Part shown: positions 38,115 through 48,703 of the stretch, piece by piece
Numbering within the stretch: the stretch's first letter is position 1
How the letters are laid out: each line of letters opens with the position of its first letter
IMG/VR virus record: IMGVR_UViG_3300029288_000086
Location: 32,001-96,000 of that record
Length of the DNA stretch: 64,000 bases
From: a virus
Taxonomy: Duplodnaviria; Caudoviricetes
Strand: one strand, 5' to 3'
The notes under the pieces: model-generated
The model's database searches: none
What the model was told of the DNA's origin: nothing
Seen by the model: only the letters and a program-made list of their open reading frames with translations
Program-made: the position numbers and the translations under genes

Positions 38115-40238
38115 TTAATCAATAAAATATTGTCCTGATAAATAAATCTTTGTAGCACTTGCACTCAGCATCGAGGATGTTATTGGTAACAATATTTTCC
38201 CCGATCCTTGTTGTTGCAACATAATTTGACTAGCGCCACTTGGCAATAAACCAACCACATCTGTATACCCCGCACTCAATGTAATACCCTCATAACAAGG
38301 ATAAAAAGATGCAGTAACGCTTGCACTAGTTCTATGTATAGCGGAGGGGATAGATAGATATAATTGGTTAGTGCTTGACCCAGATAAACTATTTAAAGAC
38401 AAACTTTCCTCAAAAAACACATTTCTCCCAATAATATTGTAGTTTCCAACATTATAAGAATACCCAAATGTTGCTCCCGAACAATTTAATGCCGAGGCAA
38501 AAGCAGAAGGAGCAACATACATTGCCCCACCATCTTTGATAGTTGTTCCTGTTATCCCATTAAAAAGGCATATATTGCTTGCACTGGAAGTTGTCGCAGA
38601 AGAAACATAAGATAATCCAGAAGAAAGAGAAGAATTATATGAGTCACTAACACTATTCCATTTCTGAGAATTAAAATTCGTTGTAACTCCAGAGTCAATG
38701 GCTGATCCATAAATATCTAAAAACATATAACTTGGGTCATCTAATCTTAATCGATTGCTTAAAACCATTTTAAAATCTAATGGGTCGTCATAACTAAAAT
38801 CAATTCCAAGTAAAGCAGGATAAACATAAGTTCCCGATTTTAGTTCTATCGTCATAACACAGCCCATTTCTAACTGATCAATAAACGGTTGATATTCTTT
38901 TATAAATAAAAAATTAGCAGAGTTTATATCAAAAGTGTATCTTGGCTGTGATACTTTTTCTAAGATATTCACCCCCTCATCGTATAAGTCTTGAGCAGCA
39001 TCTTGAACTTGTACCTCGGTCATTGTTGTAGTGCTTATAAAGTTTACATTAGTATAGGTATTCCCTATAATAAAGTTATTTAAATTAGACAGTTGAGTAC
39101 TTGTAAAATTAACAGGATTTGTAAACGACAAGTCAGAATTAATATAAGTTAATTGAGATTGAATTCCTGTTATTATACCTTCCTCCACAACAATGCTTGC
39201 ACTTGTATCTGTAATACTTTGATTAACAACCACCATACTCGCACTTACTTCTGTAGTCGGTAGCCCTTGTTGTGTCATCACATCTTTTAATGATTGTAAT
39301 GATGCCAACTCTCCTTGCAGAGTTACCAAATCAGATTCCAGTCCTATTAGAGCGGTATTTTCAACTCTTAAACTTGTCAGGAGGTTCGCATAAATAGGTT
39401 GCCATGTTGTTATTTTCCCTTCCCACAAATCTAAAGCATCAATTAAATCTTGAGCCATCCATCTAGTGGTTTTATAATAGTCAAAATTATAAATAGTATT
39501 TGTCCCAATCGGATTAACAAGATTGATCTCTAGTCCTTCTCCTCCAATGACATTCATAGCAGTAACAAGTTCATTTGTTGATTCTGTTATTGTAAAGCTT
39601 TTCATTAGATTGTCAAAAGAAATAAAAATATCACTTGTAGTAGTGGCATTAGGAAGCGAATAAGCAGAAACAGTTTTATTGATGCTATCGAAAACAAATA
39701 CGCATTGAAATGTCTGACTAACTTCATTTACCATAAAATCATAAAGCGTTTTATCTGTTACATCAAAACTTCTATACACTCCCAATAAAGCAGGGTCAAT
39801 AGTCCCCAGTCCCCATCCTGGGACATATGATAAAAGCTCGTGCAACAAAGTTCCCTGCGGATTATAAATATCATAAAAGTTATAAGTTCCTTGAAAAAGA
39901 CTAAGTTTTTTATAATTAAATATAACTTCAAGCGACTTGCAAACAATAGATTTTGTTTCTTTTATCCCCTCTCCTTCAGTAGAAATATCAGTAATCATAA
40001 AAACACCAATATTTTCAACATTTACAAGTCTTCTATATTCTAAAAAATTATAATAATCTATATCTACCCCATTGATTTGCGCAGGAGCAGTGAAACTAAA
40101 AGTAGACAAACTGTTGAAACGAAGTTCAAATTTCCTATCTTTTATAGTCCCTAGGTTATATAGAGCTGTTCCATCAGGATTTGATAAGTAAAAGTTAGGA
40201 ATACTTATCTGATTAAAATAGTCAAAAACAATATTCAT
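38115..40238 (-). CDS. tail tip/Tal-like protein
   Basis: Follows Dit; central coiled coil; INLVNPIGTNTIYNFDYY. Confidence 0.7.
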   Translation of the reverse strand: MNIVFDYFNQISIPNFYLSNPDGTALYNLGTIKDRKFELRFNSLSTFSFTAPAQINGVDIDYYNFLEYRRLVNVENIGVFMITDISTEGEGIKETKSIVCKSLEVIFNYKKLSLFQGTYNFYDIYNPQGTLLHELLSYVPGWGLGTIDPALLGVYRSFDVTDKTLYDFMVNEVSQTFQCVFVFDSINKTVSAYSLPNATTTSDIFISFDNLMKSFTITESTNELVTAMNVIGGEGLEINLVNPIGTNTIYNFDYYKTTRWMAQDLIDALDLWEGKITTWQPIYANLLTSLRVENTALIGLESDLVTLQGELASLQSLKDVMTQQGLPTTEVSASMVVVNQSITDTSASIVVEEGIITGIQSQLTYINSDLSFTNPVNFTSTQLSNLNNFIIGNTYTNVNFISTTTMTEVQVQDAAQDLYDEGVNILEKVSQPRYTFDINSANFLFIKEYQPFIDQLEMGCVMTIELKSGTYVYPALLGIDFSYDDPLDFKMVLSNRLRLDDPSYMFLDIYGSAIDSGVTTNFNSQKWNSVSDSYNSSLSSGLSYVSSATTSSASNICLFNGITGTTIKDGGAMYVAPSAFASALNCSGATFGYSYNVGNYNIIGRNVFFEESLSLNSLSGSSTNQLYLSIPSAIHRTSASVTASFYPCYEGITLSAGYTDVVGLLPSGASQIMLQQQGSGKILLPITSSMLSASATKIYLSGQYFID

Positions 40239-41047
40239 TACGCACCAACTCCTTTAGGGAAAATAGCGCTTAGAGTAAAATTAGTAATACTTCCAGAAAC
40301 AGTAACATTATTTACTCCCTTAACTGTTTGGAAAAAGTTTTTATTAAATCTATTCATAAGCAAAGATCCAGAAGTACAACTAATTATCCCTTTATCGTTA
40401 TCTACAGTCACAGTTTCATTAGGGGCAATATCCGAAAAACTACAAGTTCTTCCAACCACACTTCCGCTAATATCGCTGTTGTTAGTAATCGAAAAATTGC
40501 CACCTAAAGAACCCGTAGTAAATGTAATTACCGGCCTATTATAACCATCATATGCGCTATAATTAATATAGTCAAAAGTTTCATTTGCCGATCCGCTAGT
40601 ATAACTCTTTGTTAAAAGTGGTGGATAGGAAATTCCCCACGGTCTATCACATTTGGCATGTAAAGATAGAGCATAATTTAAATTACCAATGTACTGATGA
40701 GACGATGCTGTTATAATAACATTATAAACAATATCAGAAATATCGTTTTGAACAATCCTTAAGGGCAAATATGTACTTCTACCTAGTAACCATCTTTCAA
40801 TGGCGTTTCTTGTAATTCCGTCTATATATGAGAAACTTCCAACAACAAAATCAAACTCCAAAGAATTCGAATAATATCTTCCATAAAAATAAGGAACTTC
40901 TCTGCGATATATCCATTCTTCTTGAATATTAACATTTCCCCCAGCGGGACTATTTTCAGGATTTGACTTATTAAAATCAAATATCCTTAAATCATAAATT
41001 TCGCTAGAAATGCCATCAAATATAAAGCTATTACCATAAAACCCCAT
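40238..41047 (-). CDS. distal tail protein (Dit)
   Basis: FIFDGISS start, CDRPW, NETVTVDN..G, KGVN; position after the tape measure gene. Confidence 0.75.
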   Translation of the reverse strand: MGFYGNSFIFDGISSEIYDLRIFDFNKSNPENSPAGGNVNIQEEWIYRREVPYFYGRYYSNSLEFDFVVGSFSYIDGITRNAIERWLLGRSTYLPLRIVQNDISDIVYNVIITASSHQYIGNLNYALSLHAKCDRPWGISYPPLLTKSYTSGSANETFDYINYSAYDGYNRPVITFTTGSLGGNFSITNNSDISGSVVGRTCSFSDIAPNETVTVDNDKGIISCTSGSLLMNRFNKNFFQTVKGVNNVTVSGSITNFTLSAIFPKGVGA

Positions 41048-41064
41048 AATGCCTCCTTTCAGAT

Positions 41065-41484
41065 TTATAATTTCATAATAAAAAATAACATTTCATAAGG
41101 AGGAAGTCCGCTTGAACTATTTGATGTTCCAACCGTATGACTATGTGTTCCTTGACTATCTGTAGTTCCACTAAAACTATGGGAGTGATCTGGACTCACA
41201 CTTGATGCTCCCGATGTTGAAGCCAATGCGCTTGTTCCAGAAGAAGCATTAGTTGTGCCACTAACTGTGTGCGTATGTTCACCCGATGAATCTAAATTAA
41301 TTGAAGTATGAGTATGAGTCAATGCGCCACCCGTTGTTTCAACAGCGGCGTCATCTAATGCACCAAAAACAAAAAATTCTCGAAGATCAGGCGTGTCATT
41401 TGTGCCATTACACAACCCCCATCCTGATGGAATATTTTCAATAATATCATTCCAGCCCGTAATAATTCCTTTAGGCACTGCCAT
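41065..41484 (-). CDS. tail collar domain protein with HxH repeats
   Basis: IPSGWGLCNGTNDTPDLR, HTH/HSH repeats, LPPY..L.FIMK. Confidence 0.8.
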   Translation of the reverse strand: MAVPKGIITGWNDIIENIPSGWGLCNGTNDTPDLREFFVFGALDDAAVETTGGALTHTHTSINLDSSGEHTHTVSGTTNASSGTSALASTSGASSVSPDHSHSFSGTTDSQGTHSHTVGTSNSSSGLPPYEMLFFIMKL

Positions 41485-41485
41485 T

Positions 41486-41905
41486 TTACACCATCCTCAT
41501 AATATAATATAATAAGATACAAGGTGGAAGAGCCGTGGCAGTAGCCAAAGTAGAAGTGTGTACATGGGCATATTCATATGCAAGATTTGTCTCGCCACTA
41601 TAACTATGAGAGTGACCCCCATACGCAAATTTTTCTGATGCTGATGCCCTGCTATTTCCTCCTGCCGAGCTTGTGCTTATACTAAAAGAATGGGAATGGG
41701 CTGTTCCGCCCACAGAAGAATCGGGGCATGTATGTCCATGCGTTGAAGCTCCTCCGCTCGTATTTAATTGGTCATTAGTAGATGCACCATATATAAACAT
41801 TCCCCTTAAATCAGGAGTGCCGTTTGTCCCGTCACACACTTGCCAATTTTCAGGCACTGAAACGTCTCCCCATGCCATAATTTGATTAAACAATATATCT
41901 GCCAT
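41486..41905 (-). CDS. tail collar domain protein with HxH repeats
   Basis: WQVCDGTNGTPDLRG, HxH repeats, LPP. Confidence 0.8.
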   Translation of the reverse strand: MADILFNQIMAWGDVSVPENWQVCDGTNGTPDLRGMFIYGASTNDQLNTSGGASTHGHTCPDSSVGGTAHSHSFSISTSSAGGNSRASASEKFAYGGHSHSYSGETNLAYEYAHVHTSTLATATALPPCILLYYIMRMV

Positions 41906-42375
41906 TATGATATCCTTTTTATCCAATGCAAAGATTTGTACGGGGGCATAGAAGAAGCCGTACTAGAAACACCGGTTTGCGCATGAGTATGATTATTCAT
42001 ACTGGTATTAGCTCCACCGACAGTGTGATAGTGATTAAAAGCCGCTGCTGTAGCACCTGTTCCACTTTGTGCCGTATGATAAGTCGCCTCTCCAGATGTA
42101 TTAAAACTAGATATGGAATGGTCGTGAGCAAAATTACTTACACCTCCCCCTGTGTGCAAATGGGTAGAAGCGCCTTCAGTTGTTAAAAGTTCTGTAGAAT
42201 TAGATGCCCCTTTTACAAATCTATCTTTTATATTCGGTGTTCCATTAAGCCCATTACATACTATATATCCAGAAGGAATTTCCGAAATTAATCCATACCA
42301 CATAGTAATAGCTCCTATAGGAAAACTTATATCAGCAACAGGGCTTTCATTTGAAAACTGATTGATAACTATCAT
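41905..42375 (-). CDS. tail collar domain protein with HxH repeats
   Basis: PIGAITMW, CNGLNGTPNIK, HxH repeats, MPPY. Confidence 0.8.
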   Translation of the reverse strand: MIVINQFSNESPVADISFPIGAITMWYGLISEIPSGYIVCNGLNGTPNIKDRFVKGASNSTELLTTEGASTHLHTGGGVSNFAHDHSISSFNTSGEATYHTAQSGTGATAAAFNHYHTVGGANTSMNNHTHAQTGVSSTASSMPPYKSLHWIKRIS

Positions 42376-42402
42376 TTATTTTTCCTTTTTTTGTATATAA
42401 AA

Positions 42403-42434
42403 TCTAGTCCTTAAAAATATTTTTAAGGACTAGA
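42403..42434. terminator. 32-bp perfect palindrome / terminator-like hairpin after the tape measure gene
   Basis: TCTAGTCCTTAAAAAT-ATTTTTAAGGACTAGA. Confidence 0.55.
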
Positions 42435-42439
42435 TAAAC

Positions 42440-45400
42440 TTAAATGCTTTGGTTAAATACATTAGCTTTTTTCCCGCGATGATTTACAACATCGTTCATA
42501 ACCGTAAATACCATTTGTTTAACTTCTTGTAATTTTACTTTGTCAAGATTCCCTTGCACTGTGATCGGCATAGTAACATTAATTTCATTATTGCCGTCAT
42601 TGGAAAGATTAGAAACAAATTGTGGTGATGCCACACCCGTTTTTTTCATAATGTTGTAGAATAAAGAAGCCAACGGAGACGCAGCTTGTATTTGAGAACG
42701 GTTTAATACTGCGCCAACTTCTTCGGGGTGCACCTTTATCAATCCTTCATTGTTTGTTTCAAAAGAACCACCGTCTGCAAAAGCAGTGCCCCTTTTTTTT
42801 GCTTCAGAGGGCTTTGTAATCGGAGAAACTATTTTTTTTGTAGCAGGTTTAGAAACAACATTACTACCGCCAGCAGAAGTAGATTCTGCTATTCTAGACA
42901 AAGCATCAATCATTTCATTGATTTTCTCAATCATAATATCAAAACGATCAATGACAAGATCTATGCCTGCTAATTGCATGTCTATCCATTTATCATATGC
43001 ATCTGCTTCAGCGTCCAAGGCTTCAATTTGAATATCATAGGTTCTATCGGCTTGCATTTTAGCAATTTCTTCTATTTTTTCAGCTTTTTCTTCTTCGAGC
43101 TTAAGACGTTTTGCTTTAGCTTCTTGACTATTATCAAACTGAATAGCAAATAACTGATCATCAATGTCTGCCAATTCTTTATTTTTTTCGCCCAGTTCAT
43201 CTTGATAATCTTTTTGTTCTTTATCCAGACGTAATGATTCTTTTTTTGCATCAATAATATCATGATAAGCATCTCTTTGAGCTTCTAATGCTTTTTTCTG
43301 ATCTTGAACTGCTTTTTTCTGAGCATTTATAGATTTTATTTCATCTTCATATCCTTGCTTTTTAAGTTTATTTAGTTCTTCTTGCTCGGATATAACAGAA
43401 CTACCACCAGAAGAAGAAACAGAAGGTATAGATATTTTTATACTCATCGCAGCAAAAGTTTTTAACAATCCTTGCAATCTTGCTGTTTCTTCAGCAGCCA
43501 ATTTAGCTGTTACTATCATCGAATTAGCTAAAATATAATTGCCATTTGCAGCAGCTATCGCAGCTTTTTGTAAACCATATTTTGCGAATTCATTTATTAA
43601 TTCTTGCTGTGTTGCAGCACGGGCAGCCTCTGCATCAAAAATATAACCATCCGCTGTTGCAGTAAGATATTGAGCAAGATTAGCATTAGCAGTAATAAGG
43701 TCTAAAGCAGTTTCATAAGAAATTTTACCTTCGTTAGATTGCTCTGACGCTGCTTTTGCAACAGCATCCATAGCAGAAGAAAGAGATTCGGAAGAAGCAA
43801 CGAGATCTTCAACAGCAGGAGGCAATTCTTCGATAGATGAAACTGTGTCAGCAATGCCCTCGCGCATCTCTCTCAAGTGCTCAGTAACACTATTTGCTGA
43901 AACAGCCGCGTTATTGTTTGTAGCATTTAACACATTTAAATAATGCTCATAATTGATAATAAGTTCTTGTGCACTTGATATTTCTTCTTGGTAAGTATCA
44001 ATCATTTCTTTAATCCAAGGATTGCTTTTTTCCTTACCGAGTTCAGAAAGAATTTCTTCTGGGGTTCCTTCAAATCGCTTTGCTTTACCGAGACCAGTTA
44101 CTCCCGTGCCTACGCTCCGCGTTGTTGATGTACTTAAGTATCCAAGCGCCGCTCCATAAGATTCTTTATTTTCTTGAATAAACTCTTTTGCTTCTAAATC
44201 TGCTTTTTTCTGAATCCATTCAATATTTTCTTTAATTGCCTGACTATTACTATCTACGGCAGCAGTATAAGCATTAACGCCATCTGTGGCGTATCCATAT
44301 TTTGTATTCAAAATGGTTTGAATATCCATCAATCTAACTAAATCATCGGCAGATTTGTCTGCTTTATTGGCGAGATTTTCATACTCAGAAGCTAAAGATT
44401 TCAAGTCATCTACATTCTTTGTTACTTCTTCATAATTTTTTTGAAGCTTATCATTTAAATTAGTCATTGAATTGCCAAATTTATCAGCATTGGCAATTAA
44501 TAAAACAACTCCCGCAACTAAAATACTTATTCCACCTGTTAGCAATGCCTGAGCCGAAGCTGCTGCCATAGTTGCTCCAGCAACCCCAAGCATTCCTTGT
44601 TTCCAAAGAACAAGCATGGTTATTAGCCTCGGAATATAAGTTATTATTTGTATTATTGAAGTGCCTATGGATTGAGCTTTTATAACCAATAATGATGCAC
44701 TAATTGCTAGTAAAACAGGAACCAATCCTCCTAAATTACTAATTAAATTTACAACCCCTGTTCCAAGTTTTAAAATGTCCTTTATCAAATCTTCTGAAAC
44801 AGTTTTAGACCACATTGCTTCTATCGAAGCTTTAAGTTTATTAGAATTAGCTTCAATACTGTCATTGAATATTTTATAGCGAGATTCCGTTGTTCCTAAA
44901 GCCTCTGCTTCAATAACTAATGCTTGATTATATTTTTCTTGATCATTAAGCAAGGCGGTTAAAATATTCGCTTGCCTTTGACCAGCAAAAGCATTCACCA
45001 GCATAGATTGCGTTACCGTATCTCCAGATTTTCCTAGTTCATCCCATTTTTCTCTGACATCGACTAGAACATCGCTAAAATCACGCCAAGTATTTTTGTC
45101 ATCACGAAGTTTAATATCAAGACTAGACAATACTTTTTCTACATCTGATATATCTTCACCTTCGTCACTTAGATATTTGCCGATTTTCACGTTTTGCATA
45201 CGCATCAAAATTGTTTTAAAAGATTGTCCAATACTTTCCGCTGCGATTCTAGTATCACTCGATACAACTGTAATCATAGCAGCCATTTCTTCTAAGGAAA
45301 TATTCGACTGCTTAGATACTGCTGAGACCTTTGTGAGTGCATCACTAATTTCTTGTGTACTGGTTGCAAAATTATTATCAAGAGAAACTAGCTTATCAAT

Positions 45401-46180
45401 TGTAGGAATAACTTCGTCTATAGTTAATTTAAAGCCATTCATAATAGAAGTAAGAGATTCGGTAGAATCCGCTTGATCCATATTTGCCAATTTAGCCATC
45501 ATAACACTTGCTCTTAGAAGCTGCTGGGTTTCGGAAATTGTCTTGCCTTGTCTCTGCCATTCCAAAGCACCTTTAGCAACTTCAAGAGTTGTAGCGCCAA
45601 GTTCTATAGCCAAACCATTATATTGAGAAGCTAAATTAGATATTTGTTTTTCAGTATACCCTGTAACAATTTGGGTATCAGTCATTTCTTTATTTAAATC
45701 TTTGATATACTGAACGCCCTCTTGAATTTTTTTCAAAGATCCGTACAACAAGCCGGTTGCGACACCCCAAAGAGCAATTTTAGTAACTGCCTTACCTATT
45801 GCTGTAGTAAAATTATCTGTACTATTAGTAGTTGTTCTAATACCTTGATTAGTCCGTGTTATATTATTTTGAAATTTCCCCATTTCCACATTGACATTAT
45901 CGAGAGATGTTTCACCACGGGAATATGCCCCGATAAGATCTTGCATATGAGCATACTGACTAGAAATTCCAGATGTTTTAAATGCGTCAACATTCGATAC
46001 TTTCAATTTTTCTAACTTATTCTGAAGAGTACCAACTGTAGTATTTAATTTAGCCAATTCAGAATCTGACATTCCTGTTATTTTTGCTTTAACATTAATT
46101 GCAGGATTATAACTTTTTAACTTCGCTTCTACGCCACTGGTATCTAATTGTAACTTTGCAAGAATACTATATTCACTCAT
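42440..46180 (-). CDS. tail tape measure protein
   Basis: 1246 aa, helical, TP901-type core (EWQRQG, DNNFATS, IGQSFKTI, AGQRQAN), hydrophobic segments. Confidence 0.9.
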   Translation of the reverse strand: MSEYSILAKLQLDTSGVEAKLKSYNPAINVKAKITGMSDSELAKLNTTVGTLQNKLEKLKVSNVDAFKTSGISSQYAHMQDLIGAYSRGETSLDNVNVEMGKFQNNITRTNQGIRTTTNSTDNFTTAIGKAVTKIALWGVATGLLYGSLKKIQEGVQYIKDLNKEMTDTQIVTGYTEKQISNLASQYNGLAIELGATTLEVAKGALEWQRQGKTISETQQLLRASVMMAKLANMDQADSTESLTSIMNGFKLTIDEVIPTIDKLVSLDNNFATSTQEISDALTKVSAVSKQSNISLEEMAAMITVVSSDTRIAAESIGQSFKTILMRMQNVKIGKYLSDEGEDISDVEKVLSSLDIKLRDDKNTWRDFSDVLVDVREKWDELGKSGDTVTQSMLVNAFAGQRQANILTALLNDQEKYNQALVIEAEALGTTESRYKIFNDSIEANSNKLKASIEAMWSKTVSEDLIKDILKLGTGVVNLISNLGGLVPVLLAISASLLVIKAQSIGTSIIQIITYIPRLITMLVLWKQGMLGVAGATMAAASAQALLTGGISILVAGVVLLIANADKFGNSMTNLNDKLQKNYEEVTKNVDDLKSLASEYENLANKADKSADDLVRLMDIQTILNTKYGYATDGVNAYTAAVDSNSQAIKENIEWIQKKADLEAKEFIQENKESYGAALGYLSTSTTRSVGTGVTGLGKAKRFEGTPEEILSELGKEKSNPWIKEMIDTYQEEISSAQELIINYEHYLNVLNATNNNAAVSANSVTEHLREMREGIADTVSSIEELPPAVEDLVASSESLSSAMDAVAKAASEQSNEGKISYETALDLITANANLAQYLTATADGYIFDAEAARAATQQELINEFAKYGLQKAAIAAANGNYILANSMIVTAKLAAEETARLQGLLKTFAAMSIKISIPSVSSSGGSSVISEQEELNKLKKQGYEDEIKSINAQKKAVQDQKKALEAQRDAYHDIIDAKKESLRLDKEQKDYQDELGEKNKELADIDDQLFAIQFDNSQEAKAKRLKLEEEKAEKIEEIAKMQADRTYDIQIEALDAEADAYDKWIDMQLAGIDLVIDRFDIMIEKINEMIDALSRIAESTSAGGSNVVSKPATKKIVSPITKPSEAKKRGTAFADGGSFETNNEGLIKVHPEEVGAVLNRSQIQAASPLASLFYNIMKKTGVASPQFVSNLSNDGNNEINVTMPITVQGNLDKVKLQEVKQMVFTVMNDVVNHRGKKANVFNQSI

Positions 46181-46242
46181 ATTTTATATGCACTCCTTTC
46201 TGCGCAAGAAGCGCATATTATCTGTTTATTTGTTTTTACCCA

Positions 46243-47238
46243 TTATTTAAGGGCTTTAAGCTCAGGCCATTGAGTGTCCTTCGTTGTCAGATCTGTGTAA
46301 AGGCTCACCATGCTCTCGCTTGACCACCCAATTAGGGACTGTATTAATTGAGAAGGTATCTTTTTTCTAGCAAATTCAGTCACTACAAAGTGGCGACACG
46401 CGTGTGGATAAAACGACATGCCTAGTCTTTTCTCAATTAAAGAAACCCAATATCTGGCCGTTACATCCGTTGCAGGAGTTCCATCTGTTTTTATAAAAAT
46501 AGAATTATGCTCTTGATTATTTTTTTTCATAATTCCTTCTCTTTCTACTAACCATTCTTTATAAAAAGGCATAAACTTATCTTTGAGAATATATTTATAT
46601 AACATTTTTCCTGAACGTCCCCTTCCTTTTGTTTGGACGGGATGAGTGGTCTCAAGAAATAAGTCTTCGAAAGCTGTATTGCTCTCATCAATGAGATCAA
46701 CAGTAAACCGCAATAATTCTGAGAATCTAGATCCAGAAAATACAGCAAGCGCTAACCAACAAGCAATGACTTTATTTTCTTTAGAAAAATATTCTAATAA
46801 GTCATTCACTTGTTCGTTTGATAAAATTGTTTTTTCTCTTCTCAATTCTTTAGGGGCGCTTTCTATTGTTTTTAAAATTATCGAATGAAAATTAGGATAT
46901 TCTGTATCATAAAATTTTTCTATAAATATAGATAAAGATGATAAGAACGACCGAAGCCTATTGGCTCTCGAAGAACCAACGCGCATCTCGTCTGCCACGA
47001 AGGAAAAAAATTCTGCTAGCTCTAATTTTCTAATATCTGTGAATAATTTATTATCATTATGAAGCAAATTCCACACCATGAAGATGTTGCTGTCACTCTG
47101 ATATGCCAAAATTGTCTTGCCACTACACCTTGTTGATTTTTCTCTAAGAAATTTTTCTACAAGTTTTTTATTGATAGGATTTATTTGTTCTATTAATTCT
47201 TCTGTAACGAACTTGTTTTTGTAAGTTTTACGTGCCAT
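46243..47238 (-). CDS. tyrosine recombinase (Xer/integrase family)
   Basis: SGSRFSEL (R), TKG (K), HACRH (HxxR), IGWSSESMVSLY (W, Y); N-terminal core-binding region. Confidence 0.92.
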   Translation of the reverse strand: MARKTYKNKFVTEELIEQINPINKKLVEKFLREKSTRCSGKTILAYQSDSNIFMVWNLLHNDNKLFTDIRKLELAEFFSFVADEMRVGSSRANRLRSFLSSLSIFIEKFYDTEYPNFHSIILKTIESAPKELRREKTILSNEQVNDLLEYFSKENKVIACWLALAVFSGSRFSELLRFTVDLIDESNTAFEDLFLETTHPVQTKGRGRSGKMLYKYILKDKFMPFYKEWLVEREGIMKKNNQEHNSIFIKTDGTPATDVTARYWVSLIEKRLGMSFYPHACRHFVVTEFARKKIPSQLIQSLIGWSSESMVSLYTDLTTKDTQWPELKALK

Positions 47239-47256
47239 TATTTTTAATTTCCTCCA

Positions 47257-48186
47257 TTATGTCATGTCTAAATAATCTACGGGAAAATTTAGTTTTAATA
47301 AATTGTGATAAAGTTCCCAAGACTTTTCATCATATGCTTTTGCTGCCTCTAGCTCCAATTTAAAACTTCCTAAATGAACACTTTTCCCACCAATCCCTAT
47401 TTTTGATCTCCAATTATTATTTATTTTGTCAAAAGAAACCCCTACATATATACTACTTGTGTTTTTCAATCTCTTTATCCCTGCCATTTTTTCACTTGAA
47501 GACTTTCTTTTTCCTTCAGCCCTACTTCGCTTTTGCGATTCTGACATTTTTAGTTTTGTTTCGGGCGATGCTTTTCTACCAAGATTGGCAATTAATAATG
47601 CCATTTTAATTTTTTCACGAGTTTCTTGACTTCTGTTTTTTATCCCCTCCATCATTTTAGCATGGTGTTCTTCTGTCATTGGAACCCCCTTATTTACAGG
47701 AGGAAGCCCTTTCCTTAATAAAGATAATCTCTGCTTCTCTTTTTCATCTATTTTTATTCTTTTTCTTTTATTGGCATCGCTCATTCGTTTTTTAGTAATA
47801 TCTGATACTATTCTATTCTTTTTTTCAATAGATCGTCTTTCAAGTTCTTTGATATCAAATTCTATTCCCAATACTCCTAAACCACCATCTGTTTTATTAT
47901 ATCCAAGTTTATTATTTTTTGATTGATATAAAGAAATATAATATTTTTCACGATCATGAAGAACATCCATTTCACATTCTTCTAGAATATAAAATTTAAA
48001 ATTTTCTTCTCCGTATTTATTCCATGCTGATTGCAAATGATGATTCCCATGCCTATCATTTCTTAAAGCACATCTATGATTTATCCATCTATCATTAATA
48101 TTAACGGCACATCCTATATATTTTTTATTATTAATAATATTTTCAATACAATATATTCCACATAATATTTTAGATCTCATAATCAT
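47257..48186 (-). CDS. GIY-YIG homing endonuclease with NUMOD3-like repeats and AP2 domain
   Basis: GIYCIEN...YIG, GYN; ETKLKMSE repeats; YVGVS...LGSF..E.EAAKAYD. Confidence 0.9.
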   Translation of the reverse strand: MIMRSKILCGIYCIENIINNKKYIGCAVNINDRWINHRCALRNDRHGNHHLQSAWNKYGEENFKFYILEECEMDVLHDREKYYISLYQSKNNKLGYNKTDGGLGVLGIEFDIKELERRSIEKKNRIVSDITKKRMSDANKRKRIKIDEKEKQRLSLLRKGLPPVNKGVPMTEEHHAKMMEGIKNRSQETREKIKMALLIANLGRKASPETKLKMSESQKRSRAEGKRKSSSEKMAGIKRLKNTSSIYVGVSFDKINNNWRSKIGIGGKSVHLGSFKLELEAAKAYDEKSWELYHNLLKLNFPVDYLDMT

Positions 48187-48619
48187 ACCTTAAAACTATT
48201 TCAACTCTCGGATTCACTTTATCATACTTAAAACTTTCAAAAGCAATTTCTAACATATCTCCACTATCATCCACCAAGACATTTGCCTCTACAAAACCAT
48301 CTTGAAAAAATTTAGGACTTAACATTAAATTGTCCATATCTCTTCTTCGATGATCCGCAAAATAAAATGTATAAGTCATTTTCGCTTTATCTATGTTTAG
48401 ATTTGCAATTTTATAATAACTTGCGAGCCATATCGAGAATTCTTTATACTTTTGTTTCATATCATTTTGTTGCATTCTCTTTATTGCTGTAAAGCGATTT
48501 AGTGACGGCGGAAAAGGTTTGTCAATTGGTTTCTTTTTTCTCTTAGGATACTTATTAAAGTATTCATCATAATATTTATTCAAAACATCATAATCTATTA
48601 TAATTTTTATTTCTTGCAT
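48170..48619 (-). CDS. RusA-like Holliday junction resolvase
   Basis: PPSLN, RRRDMDN, K...DG.V...VDD, PRVEI. Confidence 0.8.
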   Translation of the reverse strand: MQEIKIIIDYDVLNKYYDEYFNKYPKRKKKPIDKPFPPSLNRFTAIKRMQQNDMKQKYKEFSIWLASYYKIANLNIDKAKMTYTFYFADHRRRDMDNLMLSPKFFQDGFVEANVLVDDSGDMLEIAFESFKYDKVNPRVEIVLRYDYEI

Positions 48620-48703
48620 TTACATACCTCCAATCCATCTTAAAAATAATGGCAGAATATGAATTAACATATTCTGCCTCATTCCTAAAAAACAATATAA
48701 ATA

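Noticed and set aside
34706-42375. Diversity-generating retroelement or invertible tail-fibre shufflon
   Set aside because: No reverse transcriptase, no template/variable repeat pair, and all paralogs are co-oriented and highly diverged.
42403-42434. 32-bp perfect palindrome as a protelomerase (telRL) site
   Set aside because: No protelomerase in the window; similar AT-looped hairpins follow other late genes, so a terminator is simpler.
46243-47238. Recombinase as a prophage integrase marking an att boundary
   Set aside because: Phage genes continue on both sides, and no host DNA or att duplication is visible.
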